From an uncultured virus (IMG/VR IMGVR_UViG_3300044646_001246) (taxonomy: Duplodnaviria; Heunggongvirae; Uroviricota; Caudoviricetes): 64,000 nt of DNA. Location: IMG/VR virus record IMGVR_UViG_3300044646_001246, one strand, 5' to 3'. This document shows positions 36,348-46,020 of the stretch, piece after piece (position 1 is the stretch's first letter; each line of letters begins with the position of its first letter). The notes below the pieces were generated by a model. That model worked only from the letters and a program-made list of their open reading frames with translations. It was not told where the DNA came from and ran no database searches. Made by a program: the position numbers and the translations under genes.

Positions 36348-37963
36348 TGAGCAGCGGAAGTGGCAGTGGATTTTTTGAGGATGAATGTGAAGTACGGATA
36401 GAACAGCCAGTCAGTCCGTATAAGGTGCAGGTTGGTCCGCCGTATAATCAAGACTTGCTAGGCCCGCCATTGCCACCAGTCGGGCTAAAGATGCTGCTTG
36501 CCCTGATCGACGGCAGACGGTGGCCGCTCCATAACTGCGGAGACACATCCACCGGAGTCAACGCAACGCCTTGGGGATTCATGGACAACGTAATCAATCG
36601 GTACACCCCGATTGACGGCAATTCAATTCCGGAATATCCGCTCGATCCGCCGACATATCCGGGTGTCGGAATCACTGCTTACGGATGCGAGATTGATTGC
36701 AACTACCTGATTACAGGTCCGCTTGGCGCTGAAGGAATTATCGCGAAGATCGATGACCAGTGGCAAATCTTGCGAGTCACTGGCAGTGCGAATACTGTGC
36801 CTCTGACCGGCCCGTCGAATCAGTGCAGATGCTGCGGAGGCAGCCGACGAAACCGCATCATGAAAGCTGAGATCGTCAGTGTCTACAGCGGAACAGGCTG
36901 CGGTTATTCGGTCGGAACACAATTCACATTGAATCCTGTCACGGCAAACAATGAACTGAATCCGCTTGGTATCAGCCTTTACTGCGAGCCTCAGCCGGAT
37001 TCACTGCTGGAAGATATTGAGGATTGGCGGGCGTTTGCTTGTGGTGTAGAGGCAGAGGTTCTTTCGATTGACTGCTGTGCTCCATATCAGGCATCAGGAT
37101 CTGGCAGCGGAAGTGGATCAGGGTCTGGAAGCGACTGCCGCTTCGAAGCAATGATCCGGACAGTAGCCGCCGAGGGATGCGATGCCTGCTCATACGATAT
37201 TCTGATTTGGGATGAGGTGGGCATACCATGTCAGTTATTCGACGATGAACCATTTGGAGAGCCGGTGTTGATGGAGGCGTGCGGCCTGCCAGATCTTCCG
37301 GCAGGCACTCGCGTCATTATGGCAAGAATTCCCGGAGGATTGCCGGGCACGGAAGCGCTTGACGGGCAGGAGCCGATCGAGTGGTTCGTCGTGCGAGCCT
37401 GCACGGATGCAGTGTGTGCTAATCCCTGCGATGAAGATCCGCCGGTTGGCCCAGCTTGTTGCGGGAAATTGTGCTCAGAGAATCCAGCAGCGGTCACAGC
37501 AACGATCACGGTATCGGGCGGAATCGAATGCGACGAACCTGTGGTGGTCGGATTGGTTCGACTCGGTCACGCCGAGTGCGATGGAGCATCCGATACGCGA
37601 TGGACATTACCAGCGCCAATCCCGGACGGCACGCTGTGCCCTGGGTCAACGGGCGGTAGCCCGGATTATCCGACATGGCTTGATATCGAAAACATGGAGT
37701 TGATTTGCGGAACTGGTGAAGACGTCTGCGGTGACGAATACGCAAGCGGCTCAGGTTCCGGCAGTGGTCTGACTGGACCTGAGTTCGGCCTGACAATTGG
37801 TGGTGGGCTGGAAGCTGGGCAGGTGACAGCAACACAGAACGTCAACGCATCATGTTGTAGTCCGCTTTACCTTGAGTTCACGGTTACTGGCATGTTTGCG
37901 ATGGTCGCCGGTGCAGGCGTAATCGATCATATGGTCACATTGACGATTGTGATAACAGCATGA
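36347..37963 (+). CDS. Cys-rich tail fibre/receptor-binding-like protein with SGSGSG linkers
   Basis: Many Cys and CC pairs; three GS tracts. Confidence 0.55.
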   Translation: MSSGSGSGFFEDECEVRIEQPVSPYKVQVGPPYNQDLLGPPLPPVGLKMLLALIDGRRWPLHNCGDTSTGVNATPWGFMDNVINRYTPIDGNSIPEYPLDPPTYPGVGITAYGCEIDCNYLITGPLGAEGIIAKIDDQWQILRVTGSANTVPLTGPSNQCRCCGGSRRNRIMKAEIVSVYSGTGCGYSVGTQFTLNPVTANNELNPLGISLYCEPQPDSLLEDIEDWRAFACGVEAEVLSIDCCAPYQASGSGSGSGSGSGSDCRFEAMIRTVAAEGCDACSYDILIWDEVGIPCQLFDDEPFGEPVLMEACGLPDLPAGTRVIMARIPGGLPGTEALDGQEPIEWFVVRACTDAVCANPCDEDPPVGPACCGKLCSENPAAVTATITVSGGIECDEPVVVGLVRLGHAECDGASDTRWTLPAPIPDGTLCPGSTGGSPDYPTWLDIENMELICGTGEDVCGDEYASGSGSGSGLTGPEFGLTIGGGLEAGQVTATQNVNASCCSPLYLEFTVTGMFAMVAGAGVIDHMVTLTIVITA

Positions 37964-39852
37964 ACACGTTTGACTGTTCACAACTGAAAGGTCATCTAAA
38001 AAGCATCTGCGACGGCACATACCGGAAGGCAGACGGGACGCCACATTCTGCAGCAGACCGGCTGGCGATTATCAGCAGACACCTTCGGCAGGACATGGCA
38101 ACTATTACGCTTCCGCATGTAGCCGAAGTGACGAAAATCGTCAGCGATATCGGTACGCGACTCCATGAGATTATCGAACGCGACGCAGGGGCTAAGATCG
38201 AATGTAGCGAGTGTCGGGATGAAGTGACAAAACTTAATCTGATGACTGCTGAAGAGGTGCAATCACAGCGTGAGTCAATCGCGACTGGCATTGTTGAGCG
38301 AGGCAAGAAGAAGGCTCCTAAATTTTGGCAGCGATGGGGGGCAAAGCTCGCTCCTGGAATTGCTACAATTCAGGCGTTAGCGTGGATCGACGAAGCATGT
38401 CAACCGCCGAAACTAAAGGAGCGGTCGTCGTATCCGCTGGAGTTTGTGACAGAAATAACGGTCGGCGTCCGTATCGCGAAACGCAAAACTCCACGATGGC
38501 AGGAAACAATTGCGAGCATCGTAGCGGCGGGGTTTCCTCATCCGATTCTATTTGCTGAACCGGACGCAGATGTTGCGGCGGATGTTGTTTGGCCGGAGAA
38601 GCTCGGGGCCGCAAAATCCTTCAAGGCGATGTGCGAGAAGATGGTTGAATCGTCATCCGAGTGGCTATTGCTGTGTGAAGATGATATCGCCGTATCGGCA
38701 CATACGGCAGATTTCATCCGCACGATGAACGTCACAGATGAGGTTCTGTCGCTCTACACAGCGGGACCACGTCAGTCGGCAAAGTCAGGCTGGAATAAAT
38801 GCGGATCTTCGTTTGTCGGTTCACTGGCTGTGTTAATGCGGCGTTCGGTTCTCCAGAAACTCATGCAGACGAAAGCATGGAAGAAATGGCCGAAACATGA
38901 TTGCGTTGACCGCATGATCCGTTCCGCGACGGCAGAACTCAGCATCGCGATCATGCTGCCGAATCCTTCACTGGTTCAGCACACTGGAGATACGCCAGCA
39001 ATCTACGAGAACCGGAAGATCGACGACATCCGTCAAGCAAAAGACTGGACGCCACAGGGGCAATTCAAACCGCCATCAGTAACGCTCATTACGCCGACAG
39101 GAGACCGACACGAAGCGTTCGCATTGTGCGAGCGGTGGATGTCACAGCAAAGCTACACTGGGCAGATTCAGTGGATCGTCATTGACGACGGCAAGCGTCC
39201 GACAACACCAACAATGAGGCAGCAATACCTTCGGAAGCCGCCGATGCATCAACATTCACTGTGCCGCAACTTGCGAACGGCAATTCCCCATGCAATCGGC
39301 GATCTGGTCTTCGTTATCGAGGATGATGATTATTACGCGCCGCACTATCTGAGCACAATGGTCGGGCGTTTACAGCATGCGGAACTGGTTGGTGAGTTTG
39401 GGGCAAAATACTATTACCTTCGACACCGCTCATGGCGGCATCGGCACGAATCAGAAAAGCATGCGAGCTTATGCCGAACGGGGATGAGACGGTCTGTCCT
39501 GCCATCTCTGATTGACTGCTGTCAAGGTAACCATCCGAGTATTGACCTGAGACTCTGGAAATCATTCACCGGAAGCAAATTGTCATGGGTTGACGCTGAA
39601 GGAACACAATCGCTATGCGTCGGTATGAAGGGCGTCGATGGCAGACAGTCGAGAGGCTGGAAACCATCACACAATGCGGTTGTGGATACAGATCTCCAAA
39701 CCCTTGAAAAATGGGTTGGGGATGACGCTGCGGAGATTTACCGAAGTATGATTTATCGCACCAGAAATGACGGATCACGATTCCCCGGAGGAGTCAGCCA
39801 GATCTCTGAATCTTCTTCACCGATCGCACCCGGAACGATAAATGTCTCATAG
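37960..39852 (+). CDS. protein with two GT-A (GT2-like) glycosyltransferase domains
   Basis: WLLLCEDD...PSLVQHTG; TLITPTGDR...WIVIDDG...VIEDDDYY. Confidence 0.8.
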   Translation: MNTFDCSQLKGHLKSICDGTYRKADGTPHSAADRLAIISRHLRQDMATITLPHVAEVTKIVSDIGTRLHEIIERDAGAKIECSECRDEVTKLNLMTAEEVQSQRESIATGIVERGKKKAPKFWQRWGAKLAPGIATIQALAWIDEACQPPKLKERSSYPLEFVTEITVGVRIAKRKTPRWQETIASIVAAGFPHPILFAEPDADVAADVVWPEKLGAAKSFKAMCEKMVESSSEWLLLCEDDIAVSAHTADFIRTMNVTDEVLSLYTAGPRQSAKSGWNKCGSSFVGSLAVLMRRSVLQKLMQTKAWKKWPKHDCVDRMIRSATAELSIAIMLPNPSLVQHTGDTPAIYENRKIDDIRQAKDWTPQGQFKPPSVTLITPTGDRHEAFALCERWMSQQSYTGQIQWIVIDDGKRPTTPTMRQQYLRKPPMHQHSLCRNLRTAIPHAIGDLVFVIEDDDYYAPHYLSTMVGRLQHAELVGEFGAKYYYLRHRSWRHRHESEKHASLCRTGMRRSVLPSLIDCCQGNHPSIDLRLWKSFTGSKLSWVDAEGTQSLCVGMKGVDGRQSRGWKPSHNAVVDTDLQTLEKWVGDDAAEIYRSMIYRTRNDGSRFPGGVSQISESSSPIAPGTINVS

Positions 39853-40049
39853 GGCTGCTGATACACTACGATCGTGTACGGTCGGGCGATTTGGCCGCGA
39901 TCAATTGATGCAGGCTCATCACCCTCATGGACAACTCGTTTTACGACACAGGGCAGCATTTCGTTTCGCACATGGATTCCGCGATACGAGTAACCGAACA
40001 AACCTGACAGCAATAAACACACAATGCCTAACGCAATTTTACCAGCCAT
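39753..40049 (-). CDS. small membrane-anchored protein, moron-like
   Basis: N-terminal hydrophobic helix, AGGAG RBS, AT-rich upstream region. Confidence 0.55.
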   Translation of the reverse strand: MAGKIALGIVCLLLSGLFGYSYRGIHVRNEMLPCVVKRVVHEGDEPASIDRGQIARPYTIVVYQQPYETFIVPGAIGEEDSEIWLTPPGNRDPSFLVR

Positions 40050-40192
40050 TTGAACACGCTCCTATTTCCAGGTTTTCAAATGTACGATTGAATGTCAAGA
40101 TTTAATTTCAAAATTATTAAATCCACTGAAATAAACTGCATCTTGAACCCCCCGTGCAATTCGACTATGCACCAGCAAAGGAGACCTGAGTC

Positions 40193-41818
40193 ATGCTATT
40201 GCCGTCACAAACGAAAACGAATCGATCCCTCGGAAACGCACAGTCCCGACTGTCTGCAATGCCTTCATCGCCCGCGTACGGGAACACTACGAATGTGAAT
40301 GGGGCACAGACGGCTATAACAAATCCGATTAGAAGACCTGGAATTCCCGGCGCAACTAATCGCGTGAATCCAGTCAGGGTCACTCCGGAATATATGAGTG
40401 CCATGGGGATTGAGCAAGAAGACCCAATGACTCTCACTGGCGGTCAAACAGAGGCTGGGGGGATGCCGCCACAAGTACCATTTAGTTCGGCGATGCAAGG
40501 AAATGGGCAAGCGTCATACCCCGGCGGCGATGCTCCCGGAATCGCGAGCTACTATCGGAACTCTGCACTGCAGGGATACCAAGGCGGGCAACAACAGCAG
40601 ATGTCAGCAATAGCCGGTGATGTTCGCGAAGCCACCCGAAACGCTCAGTACATGGAGGCAGAGCCACAGGCCACCTCTTCCACAGGTGCCAATCAGATCA
40701 TGGCGCGACAGCCGGCCGATCTGCAGAACGCTGTGACAGCACGCGTGGGGAACTCTTTCAATAATGTGGTTGGTGCTGTTAATGATCCGGATCGGTACAA
40801 CCCAACTGATCCCAGCATTCAGGCAAGACAGGAGGACAACGCTCAGCGTGCGTCAAGCGGCAGACCCATGGACCGAGACCGTGATGGTCGGGCATCTGCA
40901 TTGAGTGGTTTCATTGAATCTGGCGGTGTGCCTTGGTACGAACGCGAGAAGCAAGCACGCGACCAGATGGCAATGGAAGCTCGACAGAATGATCCAGAGT
41001 TCCAATCTGCAATGGCTGAACAGAGAAAAATGAAGGCCGAACGCGAGAAACTTCGTGACCGGTCGAACATGAATGTTCCACAGGAGGAACTGGATCGCCG
41101 AAAGGCGGCCGATGCTGCGAAGAAAGAACGAGCCGACAGGCATCAGGCATTCCGAGATCAAAACAACGGAATGAACTATCGCCAGTACGATCGGTTCCAG
41201 AAGGTGCGTCAGAGCATTTCACGAAAGGTTGCGACTGGCCGAATGGATCCAGTAACTGCTGAGTTAATGCTGGAGCAAGAAACCAACAAGGCGATGCGGC
41301 GGGCTCAAGGGAGAAGGTCGGCGATGGACGCCCCTGCAGCAGCGCCGGGTAGACCTCTTCCATTGGCTGAAGCCCCCGAGAAAGGGCCGAATAACATTCC
41401 GACTCAACCACCAGAAATTGCCGCTCAGAGCGTAAAGACGATGGCAGAGCAATCGCCTATTTTGAAGTCTCTGGGAATCACCGCCGAGTCTGATCTCAAC
41501 GCACTGCAGACTTCAGTTGCCGGAATGAAACTGGATCAGATGACTTCCACACAGAAGTACGAAGCGGCTCGACATCTTCATGAGTTTATGCTGAGCCAGT
41601 TGGAGTCTGGGAATCCGGCATACCAGATTGGCGAGAACGCTGGTCAGGACGGAAAGGATCCGCGAACTTCCCTGATTGGCCTTGATGCTCTGAAGACGGA
41701 CAACAAAGACCAGATGATTCAGTGGCTGCAAGATTTGCATAGGCAATCAAACAGTTCGAACAAGCCGGCAAATGAATCGCCGTTCGGAGACGCATTACCA
41801 ATTCGAACAGGAGCTTAA
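40193..41818 (+). CDS. probable internal virion/ejection protein
   Basis: Q/A/M/R-rich, low-complexity helical; RBS AAAGGAG. Confidence 0.45.
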   Translation: MLLPSQTKTNRSLGNAQSRLSAMPSSPAYGNTTNVNGAQTAITNPIRRPGIPGATNRVNPVRVTPEYMSAMGIEQEDPMTLTGGQTEAGGMPPQVPFSSAMQGNGQASYPGGDAPGIASYYRNSALQGYQGGQQQQMSAIAGDVREATRNAQYMEAEPQATSSTGANQIMARQPADLQNAVTARVGNSFNNVVGAVNDPDRYNPTDPSIQARQEDNAQRASSGRPMDRDRDGRASALSGFIESGGVPWYEREKQARDQMAMEARQNDPEFQSAMAEQRKMKAEREKLRDRSNMNVPQEELDRRKAADAAKKERADRHQAFRDQNNGMNYRQYDRFQKVRQSISRKVATGRMDPVTAELMLEQETNKAMRRAQGRRSAMDAPAAAPGRPLPLAEAPEKGPNNIPTQPPEIAAQSVKTMAEQSPILKSLGITAESDLNALQTSVAGMKLDQMTSTQKYEAARHLHEFMLSQLESGNPAYQIGENAGQDGKDPRTSLIGLDALKTDNKDQMIQWLQDLHRQSNSSNKPANESPFGDALPIRTGA

Positions 41819-42681
41819 CCCCTCCGCATCCTCTCAGCGGTCATCAATACCAGCTCCTTCGCCTGTGGATCCAACAGCCGGAACGAAGCGACCAGAGCTT
41901 CCTCCGGCTGTTTTCCGTTATCGCCCCCGAAGCATTCAGGAATCCTCACCCTCGGCGCGACTGGCGAAATGATATCCAGTGGGTCAACGTAATGCCCGAT
42001 CACCCCAAGCCGGCATCCATGGATGACTTGGCCAATGTGGAAGTCAGCTTGGCACCACGCTTTCAGACTCGCATCCCGGACGTGCGACGGCAGGATCCTC
42101 GCCACACCCGCCTCTTCACTCGCCCGCGTCAGTTCGCCCCGGACAATCACTTCTGACCAATCCTCATTGGCAGTGTAGGGCAGTTTAACCTTCTGCAGAT
42201 GAACCCCCATCCACGACATCACAGGCCACCTGTGCCGGTGCTTTGTCTTGTTCGCTTTCCACTCTAGCTTTTCAGGCCGGACAACTCGCTGCATCCTCAC
42301 AGTGTCGGCAAACCTGAGCGCCGTCCAGTAGGCAATAACCAGCCACTGTTTTGACCAGTCGGCCAAGTGCGGCCAGATCGCGTTCATGTCCTCATGGGAG
42401 ACCGGATGTGGATCTGGTTCCGGCGGCTGGATCTTGTCGATCTTCACATCCGATCCGCTCGCCCGAATCAAAGTCCGCAGATCCTTCAGCCCACACTTGA
42501 TTGTCCATGCGGCCAGTTTCTGCTGCTCGCTTCTCTGCCTCCATTCTTTCAGTGTGGCATCATTAACCTCACTCAGATCTCGATCTCCCATCATTCGGGC
42601 GAACCGGTTGGCAGAGTAGACCGGCGTTCGAGACAGGTTCCTGTCGGCCACGTACTGCTTAGCAAATGCTACGACGTTCAT
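41815..42681 (-). CDS. tyrosine integrase
   Basis: TALRFAD (R), NKT (K), SHVRD (H..R), IHG, GHY; adjacent to the attP candidate. Confidence 0.75.
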   Translation of the reverse strand: MNVVAFAKQYVADRNLSRTPVYSANRFARMMGDRDLSEVNDATLKEWRQRSEQQKLAAWTIKCGLKDLRTLIRASGSDVKIDKIQPPEPDPHPVSHEDMNAIWPHLADWSKQWLVIAYWTALRFADTVRMQRVVRPEKLEWKANKTKHRHRWPVMSWMGVHLQKVKLPYTANEDWSEVIVRGELTRASEEAGVARILPSHVRDASLKAWCQADFHIGQVIHGCRLGVIGHYVDPLDIISPVAPRVRIPECFGGDNGKQPEEALVASFRLLDPQAKELVLMTAERMRRG

Positions 42682-42833
42682 AGTTAATTCCCAGCGAGAA
42701 ACGCGACTCCGTCCGCTGGAAAAGTGACAGGTGGCACCCAAGGTTTTCGGGTAACTGACACACCTGAATTAAAAAAACATTAACGCATTACGAAAGGGTT
42801 TTCCCCACAACACGAGTGATCTTGCTTCACTTA

Positions 42834-42886
42834 CTTCAGGAGCTAGTGAGGTAAAACTCGTGCAGGTTCAACTCCTGTCTTGCGCA
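42834..42886 (+). other. attP core: 3' half of a tRNA-Leu(CAG) gene
   Basis: CTTCAGGAG anticodon loop, long variable arm GAG-gtaaaa-CTC, GCAGG-TTCAACT-CCTGT T arm, CTTGCGC-A acceptor strand; no 5' half upstream. Confidence 0.8.
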
Positions 42887-43015
42887 ATTGGCAGATGATC
42901 CTACCCGTCAGGGCGGATGCTCCGGTCAAACCATCCCGGGGTTTTCAACATCTGCCAATCTTCGTTTTTGATTATTTACGGTTGCGGTAACTTTCAACAA
43001 ACGTAAAATGAGGGG

Positions 43016-43306
43016 ATGACTGTGATATCAACCAAGCCAAGGCGTTACAACTTAAAAGCATCAGAGGTTCTCTGGTTGCTCGACAACAAGATTACGTCCG
43101 GTCGTCTTCGGCAGATCGCACGGGCAAACGACATCGGCTATCTCGAAGCCGACAGCATGACCGTCGATGGAAGTGAAGCGGAGAAGTTCACACGGTGGTA
43201 TTGCAGGGCTGACGTTCCAAAAATTATCGAAGCGTGCAAGAGTTTGAAAAAGGCTGAGCGTGCAGGCGAACTGGATCTTTCAGAAAAACTGAAGAAGATC
43301 GCTTGA
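43016..43306 (+). CDS. HTH-like DNA-binding protein (repressor or excisionase candidate)
   Basis: ITSGRLRQIAR...RWY; divergent from the integrase; operators on both sides. Confidence 0.5.
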   Translation: MTVISTKPRRYNLKASEVLWLLDNKITSGRLRQIARANDIGYLEADSMTVDGSEAEKFTRWYCRADVPKIIEACKSLKKAERAGELDLSEKLKKIA

Positions 43307-43331
43307 CGAAAATTACCGCTCTCGATAGATT
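43303..43331 (+). promoter_or_regulatory. sigma70-like promoter with operator 43313-43328
   Basis: TTGACG-17-TAGATT. Confidence 0.6.
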
Positions 43332-43456
43332 TCTCCGCAGTGAGCTAGTGAGGAAGGCTGGTGCTTGAAAACGCCAGTCTGCCTCTTTTAGAAAACAAAG
43401 ATGGTCCCTGCCGATCTCTGATGAATCGGATGTGCGGACTCCCACGGAGGTGCGGA

Positions 43457-43642
43457 GTGGTTGATTTCCTTTTGTTGGCGGCTGACGCTGAAGTGAAGGC
43501 TGGAGCCGGTGAGTGGTTCGCCTTCTCGATCATAGTTTCCCTTGGCTTGTTCATCTGCTGGCACCTGTTTTACGACAGCGACGTGCCACCATCTGATCAT
43601 GATTGCCACGACACCAACCCCGATCACGAAGTCTGGGTTTAG
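43457..43642 (+). CDS. small membrane protein
   Basis: GGAGG RBS; one hydrophobic helix. Confidence 0.5.
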   Translation: MVDFLLLAADAEVKAGAGEWFAFSIIVSLGLFICWHLFYDSDVPPSDHDCHDTNPDHEVWV

Positions 43643-43823
43643 ATTCATCACTGGCGGGTGATGGATGCACCCACGGCCTGATCCCCGGTGAACAATATGT
43701 TCGGCCAGTTGGTTCATTGCGATGCGGGGCACATCCCCTTCCGATGCCTCGTTAAAACAAATGCGTGAAGAAGGGGCCGGTGATCAGCGGGCTGATGGTT
43801 GTGGCAACCAGCGACTGATCGAC

Positions 43824-43900
43824 GAGAGAGTAGTTCAGTGGCAGAACTGCGCAAGGCTAATACCGAAGCGTAGACGCATGTTCGAATCATGCCTCTCTCA
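43824..43900 (+). tRNA. tRNA-like RNA with aberrant enlarged anticodon loop (identity unassignable)
   Basis: GAGAGAG/CTCTCTC-A acceptor, GTTC-AGTGGCA-GAAC D arm, GCATG-TTCGAAT-CATGC T arm. Confidence 0.75.
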
Positions 43901-44063
43901 CTAAGTCCCGCTAGAACCTGAGTCCAAAGGGCTGTGACACGGCCAGCCACGGGTTCTGGAGATGGGCTTAAACCGTCCGGTGAGTGTGGCCCCGTGCTGC
44001 CGGAACGAACGTGAACGGGGCCAATTTCAATTCCCACGGAATCCTCACTCAAGGAAGAGTCAC

Positions 44064-44285
44064 ATGCTTGTGCTTTCGCGCAAAAACAACGAGTTCATCG
44101 ACATTGACGGCGGCCGAATTCAGGTCTGCGTCGTTGAGATCCGCGGCGACAAAGTTCGCCTTGGCATCACAGCACCCATTGAGGTTGAAGTGAATCGCCG
44201 GGAAATTCAGGAGGACAAAGATCGTGAACGTGAATCTCTGCGCCTTCAGTCGGAGCCAGATACTTCATCAACAGATTTTGACTGA
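44064..44285 (+). CDS. csrA: carbon storage regulator CsrA/RsmA homologue
   Basis: MLVLSRK...VRLGITAP...V.RREI. Confidence 0.92.
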   Translation: MLVLSRKNNEFIDIDGGRIQVCVVEIRGDKVRLGITAPIEVEVNRREIQEDKDRERESLRLQSEPDTSSTDFD

Positions 44286-44469
44286 GTGTCCTCTTAATCT
44301 GAGACGGTCGCAGAAGGACGAGTGCCAGTGTCACAAGCGACTTTACAACGTGCCGCCCGCAGACCTTCGGGTTTCCTCCTGCACGTACCCATGCGACTGG
44401 CGCGGTAAACCTGTTTCTGTTTCTTCATCACATTTATCCTCAAACGAAAAACGAAAGATCTCCATCGAC

Positions 44470-45870
44470 ATGAGCGACAAACCAAACCCCGCCACGAAAC
44501 CCCTGTTCGGACTGATCGACGGTAAGCCGCTCGAATGTCCGGTCATCGGATTTAACGGCCCGCTTGGATCCGGCAAGACATTGGCAGCCCTCACACTCTG
44601 CCCTGAAGAAACCATTGAGATCGGGATTGAAGACTCCGGCGTGACATACGGAAGCCTTCCAATCAAGCACCGGTTTTCAATGTATAAAGAGGTTATCGCT
44701 ACCGGTAAGACCATGTATCCGAAGCCGATCGATTGCTTCGAATGGTTCCTCAGCATTTTAGATAAGGTGGCAAAAGACGAACTGAAAGCTCGAGTGATTG
44801 TGGTTGACCCGATCACTGACATCCAGAACGGACTGTTGGACTACATCGAAGCCCATGCTGCTGACTTCGGAAAGAGTCCCGCACAGTATGCCAAGGCGTC
44901 CGGTCTGTTGTGGGGAGATGCTAAGGCGTTCATGAAGATGACGCTCGGTCGCATCAGTCGCAAGGTTGAGTGCTTCATCTACACCTCGCACATGGGAACA
45001 GTGTGGCAAGGTGGGGCTCCAGTGTCGGGCAAGAGCAAGGTGAAGGGGATCGACACGTTTAAGGAGATCGCGAGCCTTGTCGTCCACCTGACACGCGACA
45101 TTGATCCTCAGACTGGCAAGCAGATTGCAGCGCCGATCGGAAGCATAGCACCACCACACGGCAAGAGTCGGTTCAGCCGATTCGTTGTGGATGCTGAAGG
45201 CAGTTACACACCGGTCCCGATTTTACCACCACGCATCGAGCCGTTTACTTGGCAGAAAGTTCGTGAGTACGTCGCCACACCACCGGACTACGCGAAGCTG
45301 AAGAAGCACGAAGTCGCTCGGCCGGAAGTGCTGACCGATGACGACAAGTTGCTGCTGGAAGCTGAAACCACCCGCATGAAGTTGGAGGAAGCTCAGATCC
45401 GTCAGGACTTGGCGGACAAGGCAGCGGCAGCAGCAGCGAGGAATAGTGGCGGGGCGGCGGTTCCGACTGCTGTGGCTGCGGCGATGGGAGCAAAGACTAC
45501 GACGGCAAGTGCGAAGACGGCCGAGAAGCCTGTTGACAAGCCTGTCGAGAAGGCAGCGACGACGGCACCTGTCGAAACCCCACCATTTGAAACGGGCAAC
45601 AGCACCAGCACTGGCTCCAGTGATCTGGCGAATGAATCCCTGATCGAGTTCCCGGCTGAACTGGTTCCTTGGGACCGTGAGAAGTGCGACCGCATCGTCC
45701 GTGAACAGATGGATGAAGCTGGCATGACGATGGATCAGAAGAAGAACGCCGTCAAGAAGCGAGGGGTTGAGAAGCTCGCTGACATGACGGACGCTCAGAT
45801 CGAGGAACTCCGCAAGGCATTGTGGAACGTGCTGACGAAGAGGGCGATGGAAGCCAAGGGAAAAAAGTAA
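44470..45870 (+). CDS. Sak4/AAA_24-like ATPase (ssDNA annealing)
   Basis: GPLGSGKT, IVVDPIT, YTSH, KSR motifs; SSB-like gene downstream. Confidence 0.7.
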   Translation: MSDKPNPATKPLFGLIDGKPLECPVIGFNGPLGSGKTLAALTLCPEETIEIGIEDSGVTYGSLPIKHRFSMYKEVIATGKTMYPKPIDCFEWFLSILDKVAKDELKARVIVVDPITDIQNGLLDYIEAHAADFGKSPAQYAKASGLLWGDAKAFMKMTLGRISRKVECFIYTSHMGTVWQGGAPVSGKSKVKGIDTFKEIASLVVHLTRDIDPQTGKQIAAPIGSIAPPHGKSRFSRFVVDAEGSYTPVPILPPRIEPFTWQKVREYVATPPDYAKLKKHEVARPEVLTDDDKLLLEAETTRMKLEEAQIRQDLADKAAAAAARNSGGAAVPTAVAAAMGAKTTTASAKTAEKPVDKPVEKAATTAPVETPPFETGNSTSTGSSDLANESLIEFPAELVPWDREKCDRIVREQMDEAGMTMDQKKNAVKKRGVEKLADMTDAQIEELRKALWNVLTKRAMEAKGKK

Positions 45871-46020
45871 CAACGGAATATCACCCGTTCGCATATCGGG
45901 TGGTGGCGAAATACGGAGAGGCGGCTGCGGTGGCTGCGTGTATGGCAGAGTTTGGCTTCCCTCTGCTGCTTGTTGATTGTGCTAAGGAAGCCGAAGCAAT
46001 TGAACGAAGGTTGAAACGAA

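Noticed and set aside
42800..42886. Complete tRNA-Leu gene
   Set aside because: No 5' acceptor strand, D arm or 5' anticodon stem; treated as an attP fragment
43342..43353. 12-bp GAGCTAGTGAGG identical to 42840-42851
   Set aside because: Single short match with no further similarity; cannot exclude chance
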